Positions 26,239 through 35,856 of a stretch of 64,000 nt of DNA are shown one piece after another (position 1 is the stretch's first letter; the number at the start of each line of letters is the position of its first letter). The notes beneath the pieces are model-generated. The model ran no database searches and had not been told where the DNA came from. It worked only from the letters and a program-made list of their open reading frames with translations. The stretch spans positions 884 to 64,883 of the forward strand of contig JAZKYL010000147.1 of assembly GCA_045612105.1 (NCBI GenBank), read 5' to 3'. The position numbers were made by a program, and so were the translations under genes. This DNA is from Eubacteriales bacterium. GTDB taxonomy: Bacteria; Bacillota; Clostridia; Oscillospirales; CAG-272.

Positions 26239-26267
26239 TTGATTTTTGACAAATAATGTGTTATAGT
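26239..26267 (+). promoter_or_regulatory. putative sigma-A promoter (TTGATT-17-TGtTATAGT)
   Basis: TTGATT at 26239-26244 and TATAGT at 26262-26267 with an upstream TG. Confidence 0.4.
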
Positions 26268-26307
26268 ATATATTGGTGAAATTTGAGACCAAAATCTAAG
26301 GAGATAT

Positions 26308-26967
26308 ATGATTACCTACGAACAGATAAAAAAAGATGATGCTATCAGAGTCTACGTCAAGGAGGCAGACGCTTCCCTTGCCGCTCTTGGATATACCGAG
26401 CATAGCTTCGCCCACGTTACAAAGGTCGCCGAGACCGCGGGATATATTCTGTCGGCACTGGGACACGGTGAAAGAACCGTTGAGCTTGCCAAGATAGCAG
26501 GATTTCTTCACGATATAGGAAATCTCGTAAACCGAGTCGATCACTCTCAAAGCGGAGCAATAATTGCCTTCCGTATCCTCGATAAAATGGGTATGGATCC
26601 CTTAGAGATCGCGACTATAGTCACGGCAATCGGAAACCACGACGAGGGCACGGGTGTTCCCGTAAACGCTGTCGCGGCTGCATTGATCCTTGCCGACAAA
26701 AGCGATGTCCGCCGTTCAAGAGTCAGAGGCAGCAAAATTGAGGTCGGCGACATTCACGACCACGTCAACTACTCGGTCACTAACGCGGATCTGACAATAA
26801 ACGAGGATAAAACTGTTATCACCCTTGATCTGACTATCGATACCTCCTTCAGCTCTGTAATGGACTATTTTGAAATATTTCTTGGCAGAATGATCCTCTG
26901 CCGTAAAGCTGCGGATAAGCTTGGGCTTAAGTTTAAGCTAATAATCAACAAGCAACAGCTTTTATAA
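26308..26967 (+). CDS. HD-domain phosphohydrolase
   Basis: 219 aa with the motifs HSFAHV...FLHDIGN...GNHDE. Confidence 0.8.
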   Translation: MITYEQIKKDDAIRVYVKEADASLAALGYTEHSFAHVTKVAETAGYILSALGHGERTVELAKIAGFLHDIGNLVNRVDHSQSGAIIAFRILDKMGMDPLEIATIVTAIGNHDEGTGVPVNAVAAALILADKSDVRRSRVRGSKIEVGDIHDHVNYSVTNADLTINEDKTVITLDLTIDTSFSSVMDYFEIFLGRMILCRKAADKLGLKFKLIINKQQLL

Positions 26968-27002
26968 TTTGACAAAAATTTATATCTATATAAGGAGAAA
27001 AA

Positions 27003-28685
27003 ATGACAAGCGAACAAATTATGCAATTAATCCAGAGCCTTATCTGGCTTCTGGCAGGTGTAGGCATATTTATTGTCGGCATGAACTTTTTAGGTGACGC
27101 GCTTGAAAAGAGTGCGGGAAACGGAATGAAAAAGCTGCTCGGCAAGATCAGCAACAACCGATTTGCGGGTGTTGGTATCGGCGCGGGTGTAACAGCAATC
27201 ATTCAAAGCTCCTCGGCAACATCGGTTATGGTCATCGGTCTCGTAAACGCGGGAGTTATGACTCTGATGCAGGCAACGCCGATCATCATGGGCGCAAATA
27301 TCGGTACCACCATCACCGGCGTGCTGGTTGCCCTTAAAAACGACTATTTCAATATGGTCATGTATCTTCTCGCATTTGCGGGAGTTATGATGGGATTTTC
27401 CAAAAATTCCAAGGTGAAGCTTATCGGAAGCCTCTTCTGCGGTCTCGGACTTATCTTCGTAGGTCTTGAGCTTATGAGCAGCGACCAGGCTTTTGGAAAC
27501 GACCTCGTTCAAGGTATGTTCACAAGCATCTTTGAAAAGATCGAATTCCCCCTGCTTCTCATTCTCGTTGGAATTATTTTCACGGGACTTATTCAAAGCT
27601 CCTCCGCCGCAACCGGTGTAGTTATTACAATGGTTGGAACCGGAGTGCTTCCCCTCGAACTCGCACTCTTTATTGTCCTTGGCGCAAATATCGGAACCTG
27701 CGTCACCGCACTTCTCGCATCTGTCGGTGCTAACGTCAATTCCAAGAGAGTTGCGCTGATACATTTTACATTCAACGTTATCGGAACTGTTCTCTTCACC
27801 ACAGTTATCTGGATATTCAAGGAGCCTGCGGTAAATCTGCTCGTTTCGATGTTCCCCGGAGACGATCCGATGTCACTCCAAATGAGAGTTTCAGTTTTCC
27901 ACGTAATATTCAATGTGACCACCACCGTTATCCTTCTTCCATTCGTAAAGGCGCTCGTCAAATACTCCTGCGTTGTTATCAAGGATAAGAAGGCTAAGGA
28001 GGAGATCCTTACCCTCAAATATGTCGACGAAAGACTTCTCTCCACTCCTCCTATCGCTCTTATGCAGGTCAAGAAGGAAATGGATTATATGCTGTCTCTC
28101 GTTGAAGAAAACGCGTCTCTCTCCTTCGTAGCTATGGACACAGGCTCCTCTGAGCATGACGAAAGGATCAAACGAAACGAGGAAATCATCGACTTTACAA
28201 ACAGCGCGCTGACCAAGTTTCTTATCAAGCTTTCAAGCGGTGTGGATCAGAACGACGAAAAAACTATCGGTGCATATTTCCACGTGCTTAACGACCTTGA
28301 GCGTATAGGCGACCACGCAGAAAACTTCCACGAGATCGGAATTGAAATGATCGGTAAGGATATATCCTTCTCCGAAAAGGCACAAGGTGAGATCGCGGCT
28401 ATGCGAGATAGCGTTATGCAGATGTTTGAAATCTCAAAGGATGCTTTTGAGAATCTCAACAAAGACAGATTGGGTAGCCTTACCGAGCTTGAAGAGAGCG
28501 TAGACGTAAAAAAGAAGGAGCTCATCGCAAGTCACTTTGCCCGTCTTGCTGAGGGCAACTGTAACGTAGACGTCAGCCCCTATTATTCCTCTGTTGTCGT
28601 AGGACTTGAAAGAGTCGCCGACCATCTGGTTAACGTCGGATATAGTATAGTTAACCCCACGGGATCTCAGAAAGAGGACAATTAA
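27003..28685 (+). CDS. Na/Pi cotransporter family protein with C-terminal PhoU-like domain
   Basis: 560 aa. Duplicated QSSSA(T/A) motifs in the membrane domain and a PhoU-like helical C-terminus (ERIGDHAEN, ERVADH). Confidence 0.85.
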   Translation: MTSEQIMQLIQSLIWLLAGVGIFIVGMNFLGDALEKSAGNGMKKLLGKISNNRFAGVGIGAGVTAIIQSSSATSVMVIGLVNAGVMTLMQATPIIMGANIGTTITGVLVALKNDYFNMVMYLLAFAGVMMGFSKNSKVKLIGSLFCGLGLIFVGLELMSSDQAFGNDLVQGMFTSIFEKIEFPLLLILVGIIFTGLIQSSSAATGVVITMVGTGVLPLELALFIVLGANIGTCVTALLASVGANVNSKRVALIHFTFNVIGTVLFTTVIWIFKEPAVNLLVSMFPGDDPMSLQMRVSVFHVIFNVTTTVILLPFVKALVKYSCVVIKDKKAKEEILTLKYVDERLLSTPPIALMQVKKEMDYMLSLVEENASLSFVAMDTGSSEHDERIKRNEEIIDFTNSALTKFLIKLSSGVDQNDEKTIGAYFHVLNDLERIGDHAENFHEIGIEMIGKDISFSEKAQGEIAAMRDSVMQMFEISKDAFENLNKDRLGSLTELEESVDVKKKELIASHFARLAEGNCNVDVSPYYSSVVVGLERVADHLVNVGYSIVNPTGSQKEDN

Positions 28686-28740
28686 TCAATACCTATCAGC
28701 AAATATTTTTTAATCCATCAGAAACAGAAAGGATCAGTTT

Positions 28741-30534
28741 ATGGACATTTTTGACATTTTGTCGCTTGTATGCGGCCTGGCTCTCTTCCTTTACGGTATG
28801 GACGTAATGGGAACCGCGCTGAAGAAAAGTGCGGGACGTAAACTCAAGACTATTCTCGGTAACCTGACCTCAAGCAAGCTCAAGGGCTTTTTACTGGGTC
28901 TCGGCGTAACGGCTATTATTCAGTCGTCGTCTGCTACCACCGTAATGGTAGTCGGTTTCGTAAACTCCGGAACCATGCTTCTCTCTCAGGCGATAAGCGT
29001 TATTCTCGGTGCAAACTTAGGTACTGCCGTCACCGCTTGGCTGACAGCACTTAACGGTATCGAGGGCGGTGCAGATGCAACCGCTTGGTTGGCATACTTA
29101 AAGCCTGACGCATGGATGCCTATCCTCGCACTTATCGGTATTGCCCTCATCATGTTCTCTAAGAAGGACAAGATGAAGGATATGGGCGCGATACTTATGG
29201 GCTTTGCCGTACTTATGGTTGGTATGGATCTTATGTCCGGCGCAGTAAGCGGACTTAAGAACGATCCCGAGTTTGCAAGCATTCTCACTCTCTTCAACAA
29301 TCCCCTCTTCGGTGTACTTGCGGGAACTATACTGACGGCTATCGTTCAGTCCTCCTCGGCATCCATCGGTATTTTGCAGGCATTGTCGGTAACGGGAGCT
29401 ATCTCCTTTGGAACGGCTATCCCGATCATTCTCGGTCAGAATATCGGTACCTGCGTAACCGCTATGCTCTCCGCTATGGGTGCTAACAAGAACGGTAAGA
29501 GAACCGCCGTGGCTCACCTCTTCTTCAACGTGATCGGCGTTACCTTCTGGTTGGGTATGTATTATCTCGTCGGTTGGATCCTCAATCTTACCGGTGTTTA
29601 CGACATCTTTGCGTTGGCAAACGGCACCACTATCAACATGTGGGGGATCGCCGCGGTTCACACCATATTCAAGATACTCGCTATCGCGCTTATGTGGCCC
29701 TTTACCAAGCTGCTTGAAAAGCTTGCTTGCGCTATCGTCAAGGGCGACGACAAGAAGGGCGACGAGTACACCTCTATGCTTGATGAGCGTCTCCTTGATA
29801 CCCCCGAGGTCGCAATCGAGCGTTGCCGTACAGTTGCCGCAAAAATGGCAGAGCTTTCAATAGTTCCATTCAACAAAGCTATCCAACTTATCAAGAATTA
29901 CGATCCTAAAGTGGCTCAGGAGATCCGTGATGCCGAAGACAAGGTCGATACCTATGAGGACGCTCTAGGTTCCTATCTTGTTAAGCTATCTGCTCGCAGT
30001 ATGACCGAGGCAGATAGCCTTGAAGTAACAAAACTTCTCCATATGATCGGTGACTTTGAGCGAATTTCCGACCACTCGGTCAACCTTCTGGAATCTGCCG
30101 AGGAAATGAAGGACAAGGAACTTTCCTTCTCCGAATACGCTCAGCGCGAGCTTCAGGTCATGTACGACGCTCTGGGCGAGATCACAGCGATTACTCAGCA
30201 AGCGTTTACCGAAGCCAACGTCGACAAGGCAACCTTGGTCGAGCCTCTTGAGCAGGTAGTTGACTACCTCAAGGATCAGATCAAGCTTCAACACGTTATC
30301 AGAGTTCAGAAGAGCCAGTGTACCATCGAGCACGGCTTCGTTCTCTCGGATATCCTAAACAATCTCGAGAGAGTTTCCGACCACTGCTCCAACATCGCGG
30401 GCTGTCTTATTGAAATCTCCCGTCACGATGATCTTAACCTCCACAATTACCTCCACGAGGTTAAGGCGGGAGGTAAGGAATTCCAGGAGAATTACAGCAA
30501 ATACATGGAAAAGTATTCTCTTCCTACCGAATAA
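28741..30534 (+). CDS. Na/Pi cotransporter family protein with PhoU-like domain (tandem paralogue)
   Basis: 597 aa with the same architecture (IIQSSSATTVM, IVQSSSASIG, ERISDHS, ERVSDHC). Confidence 0.85.
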   Translation: MDIFDILSLVCGLALFLYGMDVMGTALKKSAGRKLKTILGNLTSSKLKGFLLGLGVTAIIQSSSATTVMVVGFVNSGTMLLSQAISVILGANLGTAVTAWLTALNGIEGGADATAWLAYLKPDAWMPILALIGIALIMFSKKDKMKDMGAILMGFAVLMVGMDLMSGAVSGLKNDPEFASILTLFNNPLFGVLAGTILTAIVQSSSASIGILQALSVTGAISFGTAIPIILGQNIGTCVTAMLSAMGANKNGKRTAVAHLFFNVIGVTFWLGMYYLVGWILNLTGVYDIFALANGTTINMWGIAAVHTIFKILAIALMWPFTKLLEKLACAIVKGDDKKGDEYTSMLDERLLDTPEVAIERCRTVAAKMAELSIVPFNKAIQLIKNYDPKVAQEIRDAEDKVDTYEDALGSYLVKLSARSMTEADSLEVTKLLHMIGDFERISDHSVNLLESAEEMKDKELSFSEYAQRELQVMYDALGEITAITQQAFTEANVDKATLVEPLEQVVDYLKDQIKLQHVIRVQKSQCTIEHGFVLSDILNNLERVSDHCSNIAGCLIEISRHDDLNLHNYLHEVKAGGKEFQENYSKYMEKYSLPTE

Positions 30535-30539
30535 AAAGC

Positions 30540-30581
30540 ATAACACCTCATCAAGCCAAAAGCAAGATGAGGTGTTATTTA
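30540..30581. terminator. bidirectional terminator between convergent genes
   Basis: ATAACACCTCATC (30540-30552) pairs with GATGAGGTGTTAT (30566-30578). An A-run lies before it and T-rich sequence after it. Confidence 0.7.
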
Positions 30582-30590
30582 TATAATAGA

Positions 30591-31919
30591 TCAATAATGA
30601 TATTTTTTCTTCTGAGCCAAGATAAAGCATAACGTAACAGCGAAAGCCATCAACTCAGCCACAACTATTGAGATCCATATTCCGTCCATATCGAATATCA
30701 AAGGCAAAATAATGACCGCCGCGACCTGAAAAACAAGAGTTCGTAAAAACGAGATGATCGCCGAAATCAAGCCGTTATTGAGCGCAGTGAAGAAGGACGA
30801 GCCGAAGATCGTAATCCCACAGAACAAAAATGAAAATGAATATATATAGAAACCTCTCTCCGTAAGAGTAAAAAGCTCGGGATCATAACCCACGAAGATT
30901 TTCGACATAGGAGATGCAAGCAATATCGACGCGCCCAGCATACAAACCGAGGTAATGCCGATAACAATAAAGCTTTTCTTCAGCAGATTTTTCATTTCGG
31001 CATGATTAGCCGCACCGTAATTATAGCCTATCAGCGGCGCAGTACCTATGGAGTATCCAATAAAGATCGCCATAAAGATCATACTGACGTACATAAGGAC
31101 TCCGTAAGCAGCAACTCCATCCTCGCCCGCATATTTCATAAGCTGGAAATTGTAAAGCATACTGACCAGCGACATCGAAATATTACTCATAAGCTCAGAT
31201 GAGCCGTTTGTACAAGCCCTGAATAATGCTCTGCCGTCAAAATTTGTTTTTGTCAGCCTTAAAAGGCTGGTATTCGGACGCATAAAATATATAAGCGAAA
31301 CGAATCCGCCAACAGCTTGACTGAGCGCTGTCGCCAGTGCCGCGCCCACAAGCCCCATAGGAAATACCGCCACAAGGAGCGCGTCAAGTACCATATTTGT
31401 AACACCCGACGCAACCGTTACCGCCAATCCAAGCTTTGGCTTTTCAGCGGTAATAAAGAAGCTTTGGAACTCCATCTGCAGCATAAACGGAACCAGTGTC
31501 GCAAGAATTATTCTACCGTATATCACGCAACTCTCAAGCATTTCACCTTCGGCACCGAGAAGTGCCGCCACTGGTCGGATAAATATAATCCCCAAAACGC
31601 TGATAACAACACCTACACCGATAGAAACGTAAACCAACAGTGAAAAAATTCGATTTGCCCTCTCGCGGTCCCCTTCACCAAGGGTTTTCGCCACAAGCGC
31701 GCTTCCGCCCGTACCAAACATAAATCCGAAGGCACCGAGGATCATCAAAAACGGAAATATAAAATTTACCGCAGCAAACTCAGCCTTGCCGACAAAATTA
31801 GAAACAAAAAAACCGTCCACCACGCCGTATATCGAGGTAAAAATCATCATCGCGATAGAAGGGATAGTAAACCTGATCAGCTTACCGTAGGTAAAGTGAT
31901 CCGAAAGCTGTATTTTCAT
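30591..31919 (-). CDS. MATE family efflux transporter
   Basis: About 442 aa with 12 predicted hydrophobic segments and a MATE-like sequence. ATG 31919 is preferred over the track's TTG 31922. Confidence 0.85.
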   Translation of the reverse strand: MKIQLSDHFTYGKLIRFTIPSIAMMIFTSIYGVVDGFFVSNFVGKAEFAAVNFIFPFLMILGAFGFMFGTGGSALVAKTLGEGDRERANRIFSLLVYVSIGVGVVISVLGIIFIRPVAALLGAEGEMLESCVIYGRIILATLVPFMLQMEFQSFFITAEKPKLGLAVTVASGVTNMVLDALLVAVFPMGLVGAALATALSQAVGGFVSLIYFMRPNTSLLRLTKTNFDGRALFRACTNGSSELMSNISMSLVSMLYNFQLMKYAGEDGVAAYGVLMYVSMIFMAIFIGYSIGTAPLIGYNYGAANHAEMKNLLKKSFIVIGITSVCMLGASILLASPMSKIFVGYDPELFTLTERGFYIYSFSFLFCGITIFGSSFFTALNNGLISAIISFLRTLVFQVAAVIILPLIFDMDGIWISIVVAELMAFAVTLCFILAQKKKYHY

Positions 31920-32031
31920 CAAAAAAACGTCCTTTCTCTAAAACAACACTCCTATTATAGCCGAATGGCACTCAAAAGTCAAGCCTGTTTGAAAAACATG
32001 ACGCTCATCGGCTGTTTTTTTCGCTAAATTA

Positions 32032-32060
32032 TTGCAAATCCGATGAAAATATGATAGAAT
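32032..32060 (+). promoter_or_regulatory. sigma-A promoter of metF-metH
   Basis: TTGCAA at 32032-32037, 17-nt spacer, TGaTAGAAT with the -10 box at 32055-32060. Confidence 0.55.
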
Positions 32061-32140
32061 AAAATTAATATTTATTTTCAAGAAGGTTTTAGCGTGAAAG
32101 TTACTTCTTGACTTATAGTGAAATGATCTTTTTCACGCGC

Positions 32141-32164
32141 GAATTTTGCCATATGGCAAAATTC
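32141..32164. promoter_or_regulatory. perfect 24-nt palindrome in the metF leader (operator or RNA hairpin)
   Basis: GAATTTTGCCATATGGCAAAATTC read directly from the sequence. Confidence 0.5.
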
Positions 32165-32210
32165 ATCGATTACTTTTTGTACCGCCGTGCGCGGCGAAAT
32201 GGAGATTATT

Positions 32211-33089
32211 ATGAAACTTACAGAAATTCTCGAAAAAGGCACACCGCATCTATCCTTCGAGGTGTTCCCTCCCAAGACTACAACTGCATTTGATAGCGTC
32301 AAGCTTGCTACCGAGGAGATCGCCAAACTAAAGCCCTCATTTATGAGCGTCACCTACGGCGCGGGCGGCGGAACAAGTCAATATACCCTTGATATCGCAA
32401 AGAATATCAAAGCAGAGTACGGTGTTCCAACATTAGCGCACCTGACCTGCGTTTCCTCAACTAAAGAAACAGTCCACAATATGATCGACCGCATAAAGGA
32501 CGCGGGAATACAGAATATTATGGCACTTCGCGGAGATATCCCCGCAGACAAGCTTGACGAGGACAGAACGCTTTGGACGTATCATCATGCCATCGACCTT
32601 ATCCGCGAGCTTAAGGAATCGGGTGCTGATTTTTGCATCGGCGGTGCTTGCTACCCCGAGATACACCCCGAAAGCGTAGATCAAAAGACCGATATAAAAT
32701 ATCTCAAAGAAAAGGTTGACGCAGGCTGTGATTTTCTCACAACACAAATGTTTTTCGATAATAATCTGCTCTACAATTTCCTTTATAAGATCCGTGAAGC
32801 AGGTATCACAGTGCCGATCATCCCCGGAATTATGCCTATTACAAACGCCAACCAGGTGGCAAGATCTATAAAACTCTCAGGCTCATTTATGCCCCAGAGA
32901 TTTAAATCTCTCGTGGATAAATTTGGTGATAATCCCGAGGCTATGAAGCAAGCAGGCATCGCCTATGCCACCGATCAGATAATCGATCTCTATGCCAACG
33001 GCATCACCAACGTACACGTTTATTCAATGAACAAGCCCGACGTTGCTGAAAAGATACAAAATAATCTTTCGGCAATTATCGGCAAATAA
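32211..33089 (+). CDS. metF: methylenetetrahydrofolate reductase
   Basis: 292 aa counted from ATG 32211 (GGAGA RBS). LSFEVFPPKT...SVTYGAGGGT is typical of MetF. Confidence 0.9.
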   Translation: MKLTEILEKGTPHLSFEVFPPKTTTAFDSVKLATEEIAKLKPSFMSVTYGAGGGTSQYTLDIAKNIKAEYGVPTLAHLTCVSSTKETVHNMIDRIKDAGIQNIMALRGDIPADKLDEDRTLWTYHHAIDLIRELKESGADFCIGGACYPEIHPESVDQKTDIKYLKEKVDAGCDFLTTQMFFDNNLLYNFLYKIREAGITVPIIPGIMPITNANQVARSIKLSGSFMPQRFKSLVDKFGDNPEAMKQAGIAYATDQIIDLYANGITNVHVYSMNKPDVAEKIQNNLSAIIGK

Positions 33090-33104
33090 AATATTAGGTT
33101 TATT

Positions 33105-35510
33105 ATGAACATACTTGATTATTTAGAAAATAACGTACTCATCCTCGACGGTGGTATGGGAACGCTCCTTCAGGCAAACGGACTTGAGGCTGGCGAGCTT
33201 CCCGAGAGATGGAATATCTCACACCCCGATGTGATTCAGAAAATACACCGCGATTACTACGACGCAGGCTCAAACGTAGTATCCACCAACACCTTCGGCG
33301 CAAATCTCTTGAAGTTTTCAGCCGACGAGCTTGACGGGATAATACGCGCGGCGGTCGAAAACGCAAGAATCGCAAAAGATACAACAAAAAACAAAGGTGA
33401 AAAATTCATCGCCCTCGATATAGGTCCCTCGGGAAAGCTTTTGAAGCCTTACGGCGACCTTGATTTCGAGGATGCAGTCGCGCTTTTTGCCGAGACGGTA
33501 AAGCTTGGTGTAAAATACGGCGTTGACCTTATCTTCATCGAAACTATGAACGATAGCTACGAGACCAAAGCGGCTCTCCTCGCGGCTAAAGAGAATTCTT
33601 CTCTTCCCGTTTTCGTCTCCAATGCCTACGGCTCCGATGCAAGACTTATGACAGGCGCGTCTCCCGCGGCAATGGTAGCTATGCTTGAGGGTATGGGTGC
33701 CGACGCTATTGGAGCGAATTGCTCTTTAGGCCCCCGTCAGCTCGCACCTATTGTTGAAGAGCTTTTGGAATATGCGTCAGTTCCCGTTCTTTTGAAGCCT
33801 AACGCGGGACTTCCCGAGATCAAAGGCGGAAAAACCGTCTACGATATCACCCCCAAGGAGTTCGGCAAAGAGGTTGCAGCCCTTGTAAATAAAGGAGTCC
33901 GCATCTGTGGCGGATGCTGCGGAACAACTCCGGAATATATCAAGGCTATCAAGGATAATAGTTTAAGCCTTGTCACTCAGACCAAAAAAGAGCGCACACT
34001 CGTCTCCTCATACACCCATGCCGTTGATTTCAATAATGCCCCAATACTAATCGGTGAACGCATAAATCCCACGGGCAAAAAGAGATTCAAGCAGGCGCTT
34101 CGCGATAATGATCTTGATTTTATCCTCAAAGAAGGGCTTGATCAAGAGTCCTGCGGAGTCCACATTCTCGACGTGAATGTAGGTCTGCCCGAGATCGACG
34201 AAGCGGAAATGATAAAAACCGTGGTCTGCGAACTGCAAGCAGTCACGGCACTTCCCCTTCAGATCGACACCGCAAATCCCGTAGCTATGGAGGCTGCCCT
34301 TCGCCGATATAACGGCAAGGCAATGATCAATTCGGTCAACGGCAAATCCGACTCAATGGCAGCGATCTTCCCTCTCGTCAAAAAATACGGCGGCGTTGTG
34401 GTCGCTCTCACACTTGACGAGGACGGAATCCCCGAAACGATCGACGGTAGGGTCGAAATCGCAAAAAAGATACTCGATACCGCTGCAAAGTACGGAATAG
34501 ATAAAAATGATATCGTTTTCGACACCCTTACTATGACGGTCTCTGCCGAACCGAATGCCGCAAAGGTAACCCTCGGCGCGCTCCGCAAAATCCGCGAGGA
34601 GCTTGGTTGTAACACCGTTCTGGGTGTTTCAAACGTCTCCTTCGGTCTGCCAAACAGAGATATTCTCAACGGCATCTTCTTCGCAAACGCCCTTGAAAAC
34701 GGTCTCACCGCGGCGATAATGAACCCCTACTCGGCCGAGATGATGAAAACCTACCATTCCTATCGCGCCCTTAACGGTCTCGACGAAAATTTCGCGGATT
34801 ATATGGCATTTGCATCAACCGTTGAGTTGGGTGCGGCAACCACAAGAGGAGCGTCATCAAAATCAGCCAATCCTGACAGTATCTACTCGCTGAAGGATGC
34901 CATCGTCAAGGGACTCAAGGAAAAGGCGAAAGAATTGACCGCCGCAATGCTCGACACAACCGAGCCTCTTGAAATAGTCAGAAATCATATCATCCCCGCC
35001 CTCGATTTCGTGGGCAAAGGCTTTGAAAATCACACGATCTATCTCCCCGGTCTCCTTATGAGTGCCGAGTCTGCAAAATCGGCATTCGAGCCTATAAGTA
35101 AAAGACTTGCCGCAGCTAAAGATGAGACAAGTCAACGCTTGACTGTAATTATTGCAACAGTCAAAGGCGACATCCACGACATCGGCAAAAATATCGTCTC
35201 TCTGCTCCTCGAGAATTACGGCTTCAAGGTCATTGATCTTGGCAAAGACGTGTCTCCTGAGGCAATCTTAGCGGCGACAGAAGCACGCCATGCCCCCATT
35301 GTCGGTCTCAGCGCGCTGATGACCACCACCGTCCCCGCAATGGAGGAGACGATCAAGCTTCTCCGTAAAAATGCCCCTTGGTGCAAGATAGTTGTGGGCG
35401 GTGCGGTACTGACCGAGGAATATGCCAAAATGATCGGTGCGGATAAATATGCCGCAGACGCTATGGAAACGGTCAGGTATGCTGAGAGTGTTGAGGTTGA
35501 ATTTAAATGA
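33105..35510 (+). CDS. metH: methionine synthase, short form (Hcy-methyltransferase, pterin-binding and B12-binding domains, no reactivation domain)
   Basis: 801 aa. N-terminal LILDGGMGT, a pterin-binding region, and the B12 motif GDIHDIGKNIV. It is about 400 aa shorter than E. coli MetH. Confidence 0.9.
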   Translation: MNILDYLENNVLILDGGMGTLLQANGLEAGELPERWNISHPDVIQKIHRDYYDAGSNVVSTNTFGANLLKFSADELDGIIRAAVENARIAKDTTKNKGEKFIALDIGPSGKLLKPYGDLDFEDAVALFAETVKLGVKYGVDLIFIETMNDSYETKAALLAAKENSSLPVFVSNAYGSDARLMTGASPAAMVAMLEGMGADAIGANCSLGPRQLAPIVEELLEYASVPVLLKPNAGLPEIKGGKTVYDITPKEFGKEVAALVNKGVRICGGCCGTTPEYIKAIKDNSLSLVTQTKKERTLVSSYTHAVDFNNAPILIGERINPTGKKRFKQALRDNDLDFILKEGLDQESCGVHILDVNVGLPEIDEAEMIKTVVCELQAVTALPLQIDTANPVAMEAALRRYNGKAMINSVNGKSDSMAAIFPLVKKYGGVVVALTLDEDGIPETIDGRVEIAKKILDTAAKYGIDKNDIVFDTLTMTVSAEPNAAKVTLGALRKIREELGCNTVLGVSNVSFGLPNRDILNGIFFANALENGLTAAIMNPYSAEMMKTYHSYRALNGLDENFADYMAFASTVELGAATTRGASSKSANPDSIYSLKDAIVKGLKEKAKELTAAMLDTTEPLEIVRNHIIPALDFVGKGFENHTIYLPGLLMSAESAKSAFEPISKRLAAAKDETSQRLTVIIATVKGDIHDIGKNIVSLLLENYGFKVIDLGKDVSPEAILAATEARHAPIVGLSALMTTTVPAMEETIKLLRKNAPWCKIVVGGAVLTEEYAKMIGADKYAADAMETVRYAESVEVEFK

Positions 35511-35512
35511 CA

Positions 35513-35576
35513 CCGTCACTCCGACCAACAGAAAAAGGAGGCTTTCGCCTCCTTTTTCTGTTGGTCGGAGTGACGG
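35513..35576. terminator. 30-bp perfect hairpin (terminator core AAAAAGGAGGC/GCCTCCTTTTT extended by a tRNA-Pro 3'-end fragment)
   Basis: Left arm 35513-35542, loop TTTC, right arm 35547-35576. It starts 3 nt after the metH stop. Confidence 0.75.
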
Positions 35577-35582
35577 GATTCA
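35563..35582 (-). repeat. 20-nt duplicate of the tRNA-Pro 3' end (att-like scar)
   Basis: TGGTCGGAGTGACGGGATTC is identical to 35684-35703. Confidence 0.8.
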
Positions 35583-35640
35583 GAACATTTACGCAAATTT
35601 GCAAGCAAATTTGGTGGTGGATTCAAATGGCACCGCCCAT

Positions 35641-35691
35641 TCCGACCATAACAAAAAGGAGGCGTAAAGCCTCCTTTTTGTTATGGTCGGA
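35641..35691 (-). terminator. terminator hairpin downstream of tRNA-Pro; one arm includes the tRNA 3' end
   Basis: 23-bp stem 35641-35663/35669-35691 with loop GTAAA. Confidence 0.7.
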
Positions 35692-35760
35692 GTGACGGGA
35701 TTCGAACCCACGACCTCTTGGTCCCGAACCAAGCGCACTACCAAACTGTGCCACACCCCG
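35684..35760 (-). tRNA. tRNA-Pro (anticodon CGG), CCA encoded
   Basis: The reverse complement folds as a cloverleaf. Acceptor CGGGGTG/CACTCCG, D stem GCAC/GTGC, anticodon stem CTTGG/CCAAG with loop TTCGGGA, T loop TTCGAAT. 77 nt. Confidence 0.9.
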
Positions 35761-35780
35761 TTCTATCTCAAACAAGGGGT

Positions 35781-35809
35781 ATTATAGCACATTTTTGACT
35801 ATTTGTCAA
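35781..35809 (-). promoter_or_regulatory. sigma-A promoter of tRNA-Pro
   Basis: On the minus strand: TTGACA (35809-35804), 17-nt spacer, TGcTATAAT with the -10 box at 35786-35781. Confidence 0.65.
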
Positions 35810-35856
35810 GTGTTTAAAATTATTTATTTAAATAAATTCAATTAATGTATACGATT

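Noticed and set aside
32060-32210. Expected SAM-I (S-box) riboswitch or T-box upstream of metF-metH
   Set aside because: I could not find the conserved S-box core (…GGGAGGGA…GCCC…GCAACC…) or a T-box specifier and T-box sequence. I cannot exclude another riboswitch class without a covariance-model scan, so this is reported as an open finding rather than called.
35581-35640. Possible second tRNA fragment (TGGTGGTGGATTCAAATGG) between the two tRNA-Pro-derived repeats
   Set aside because: It does not fold into a T-arm and acceptor structure, and it matches no tRNA 3' end that I can reconstruct.
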